DNA of 35,822 nucleotides from sequence record SRR22947725_3976; one strand, 5' to 3'. Shown piece by piece: positions 33,911 to 35,822 of this stretch (position 1 is its first letter; each line of letters starts with the position of its first letter). The notes under the pieces were generated by a model. It saw only the letters and a program-made list of their open reading frames with translations, ran no database searches and was not told where the DNA came from. The position numbers and the translations under genes were made by a program.

Positions 33911-34333
33911 TTAACAACTTATCTTGAAGTAAAATGGTGCGCTCTGAGTGAAGTTATGTTCATATACAGTGCACCACTTATAGCTATGTACAAGCTCTAC
34001 CTTCATATTATGTATTACTGAATCCGTGTCAACTATAGTACTTACTTTGATATTAAGTTCATTATATCTACTCTTACCTTTATTAAAAATTGTACCATCA
34101 CTATAAGCACCTTCATGCATATGAACCCCAATGTTTAATTCAGGGTCATCTATCCAAGCTATAAACAAATCTAGTAAGATTAACTTTAGATGTTTCTTCT
34201 GTATATTGGCGTTCTCTGAAACATCCTTAATATGATTGTTATATATTTCATCTATAAAGGGATTAACTTCAGAATAGTTAGACGACCTATGTACATCTAA
34301 AGGTCTTGAATGGTTATAGTCTCTATCTGTCAT
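33911..34333 (-). pseudogene. Probably truncated N-terminus of an island/phage-associated protein
   Basis: The first 100 aa or so (SRPLDVHR...HLKLILLDLFIAW..DP...SRYNELNI) resemble, from recollection, the N-terminus of longer island-borne proteins. The tail after KVSTIV looks like run-on into non-coding DNA. Confidence 0.45.
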
Positions 34334-34586
34334 ATAATAATTAAATCAAATATATTTATGAATAACAATTATATAATCTTTAAGGCTCTTTCCATTACCA
34401 GAAGATTTCTTAGATATTGGATTATTAGGGAATAATATACTATCATATTACTACTCTCAATAGAGAGATAGAAATGATATGTAGATGAGTAGGAAATGAA
34501 TAACTTTATGAAGATTATAATATTTGATGTAATATTATTTAGTTCATTGTACATTTTGTTTATAGTTATTTAATTGGTAGGTTGAT

Positions 34587-35735
34587 ATGAAAAATATCAT
34601 TTTAATAATATTTTTGTATTTTACTATTTTCCCTGTATTTGCAGAAAGAAAAATTCCTAAATATTTTTATAAAAATGAATTACCTCAATGTATTTTAAAA
34701 TATGGACTTGAAGAAATTTCAATTGATAACCCAGTTGTTAGAGACAAGATAGAAGAGTTAGTTGGTTTTGATTGGGTAAAACATCATGATAAAAAAAGTA
34801 ATTCTTTAACTGTTAAACATGATAAAATTTCTAATCCGATAATGTATCTAAACAGTTCAATTCATAATGCAGTCATAAAAAATAATTTAAATGAAATTAA
34901 GACTGGTATAAAGGTGCTTTACAAAATAGCAGAAAAAAATACTTTATTAGAAACTCCTACGGTTAGTGAAGTTAAGCAATTAGGCTCTTCTTGTTATGGT
35001 AAAAATAACAATCCTAATGCTAAATGTGACGTGCATAAACCTCAATGGGTTATGATTGTTGCGGCTCATTACATCATAGCTTCTAATTATTCAAAAGACT
35101 TTATGAACAAGAAACAAAAAGATAGAATTAACTCATATATAGAAATTTTATATGAAAAATATATTTCTGCTTGGGCAAATAAAGAAGGTGAAAGAGGTTA
35201 TAATGAGATGGCTAATGGAAAAATAGCTTCAATTGCTTACGCAAACTGGAATAATAATTATGAATTAGCTGAGTTAAGTTTTAAAAAGGGCTTTAACGAA
35301 ATTGATAACCATTTTATAGAAGATGGTTACATAAATAATAACTCTTTTAGAGGGTCAAGAGCTCTTTGGTATCATTCAATGGGCTTGAATAATGCACTCG
35401 GATTAATAGCTTTGTCAGATGCTTGGGGTATAACCGTACCAAAAAAGATTTTAATAAAAGTAAGAAATAGCGCTAAAGTTCTAAATTTAGGGATTACTAA
35501 TTATAAAAAATTTAAATCAAAACAGTTTTTTGGTAAAAATTATAATTCATCAACTAATAAAAAAACTGAAAGAAAGCATACACATCAAATGGCTATTGGG
35601 ATTGATTTCTTAATGTCAAAATACTTAGACATTAATTTATCAAATGATTATGAATGGTTTAAAAAGAAACAAAAATTTCATAATGATATTATGATTGGAT
35701 TTGATGCGAATTGTTTGTTTGTATCAAAATTATAA
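34587..35735 (+). CDS. Secreted alginate-lyase-family (alpha/alpha barrel) protein
   Basis: Signal peptide ending VFA; IEDGYINNNSFRGSRALWYHSMGL, similar to the DG...RG.RAL.YH...L motif of PL5-like alginate lyase domains. Confidence 0.6.
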   Translation: MKNIILIIFLYFTIFPVFAERKIPKYFYKNELPQCILKYGLEEISIDNPVVRDKIEELVGFDWVKHHDKKSNSLTVKHDKISNPIMYLNSSIHNAVIKNNLNEIKTGIKVLYKIAEKNTLLETPTVSEVKQLGSSCYGKNNNPNAKCDVHKPQWVMIVAAHYIIASNYSKDFMNKKQKDRINSYIEILYEKYISAWANKEGERGYNEMANGKIASIAYANWNNNYELAELSFKKGFNEIDNHFIEDGYINNNSFRGSRALWYHSMGLNNALGLIALSDAWGITVPKKILIKVRNSAKVLNLGITNYKKFKSKQFFGKNYNSSTNKKTERKHTHQMAIGIDFLMSKYLDINLSNDYEWFKKKQKFHNDIMIGFDANCLFVSKL

Positions 35736-35822
35736 AACTTTATCTGCCTCATACTCTAACTTTACATATCTAGCCATACCCAATCCCTGACTCACACAGC
35801 CTCACGAACCAACTACACCCAC

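Noticed and set aside
33935-34010. Intact tRNA gene
   Set aside because: Only a CCA-ended acceptor-like strand is present; no GTTCRA T-loop, D-arm or matching 5' strand.
31609-34554. ORFs 31609..31806, 31674..31889, 33417..33611 and 34369..34554
   Set aside because: The first three are antisense shadows; the last has no RBS, motif or other support.
35730-35822. Possible 3' end of a minus-strand gene (...VSQGLGMARYVKLEYEADKVL*)
   Set aside because: All three minus frames contain stops within 90 nt and it sits at the window edge; too short to call.

Overview
Very AT-rich, gene-dense bacterial window. Gene content suggests a streamlined marine alphaproteobacterium (inference). It reads as an accessory region: no rRNA, intact tRNA, CRISPR array or intact integrase/transposase was seen. 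1-8.9 kb holds light/redox/detox genes: the 3' end of a bacterial (6-4)-photolyase-like gene, a 2OG-Fe(II) oxygenase, a peroxiredoxin-like protein, a MATE pump, an RraA-like protein, an iodotyrosine-deiodinase-like nitroreductase, an alpha/sigma-like GST and a MAPEG protein. 8.9-18.8 kb is the most notable block. It has a membrane-anchored, apparently catalytically dead STAND-TPR protein plus a small P-loop kinase, converging on a 1333-aa SAM / RxxxxH (HEPN-like) / NACHT-like / TPR protein. That gene is a compositional mosaic and is followed by an orphan sequence resembling its own C-terminal helix. 18.8-27.1 kb is an envelope/proteolysis cluster: TPR lipoprotein, TPR-trypsin protease, DUF4384-like and LPP20-like proteins, an entericidin-like lipoprotein and a MORN-caspase. 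27-33.8 kb holds small metabolic/membrane genes, including a YbaK/ProX gene with no canonical start. The right end has a decayed island-like remnant and an alginate-lyase-like gene. Several small genes missing from the ORF track were read directly from the sequence. All family calls come from motif recognition, not database searches.
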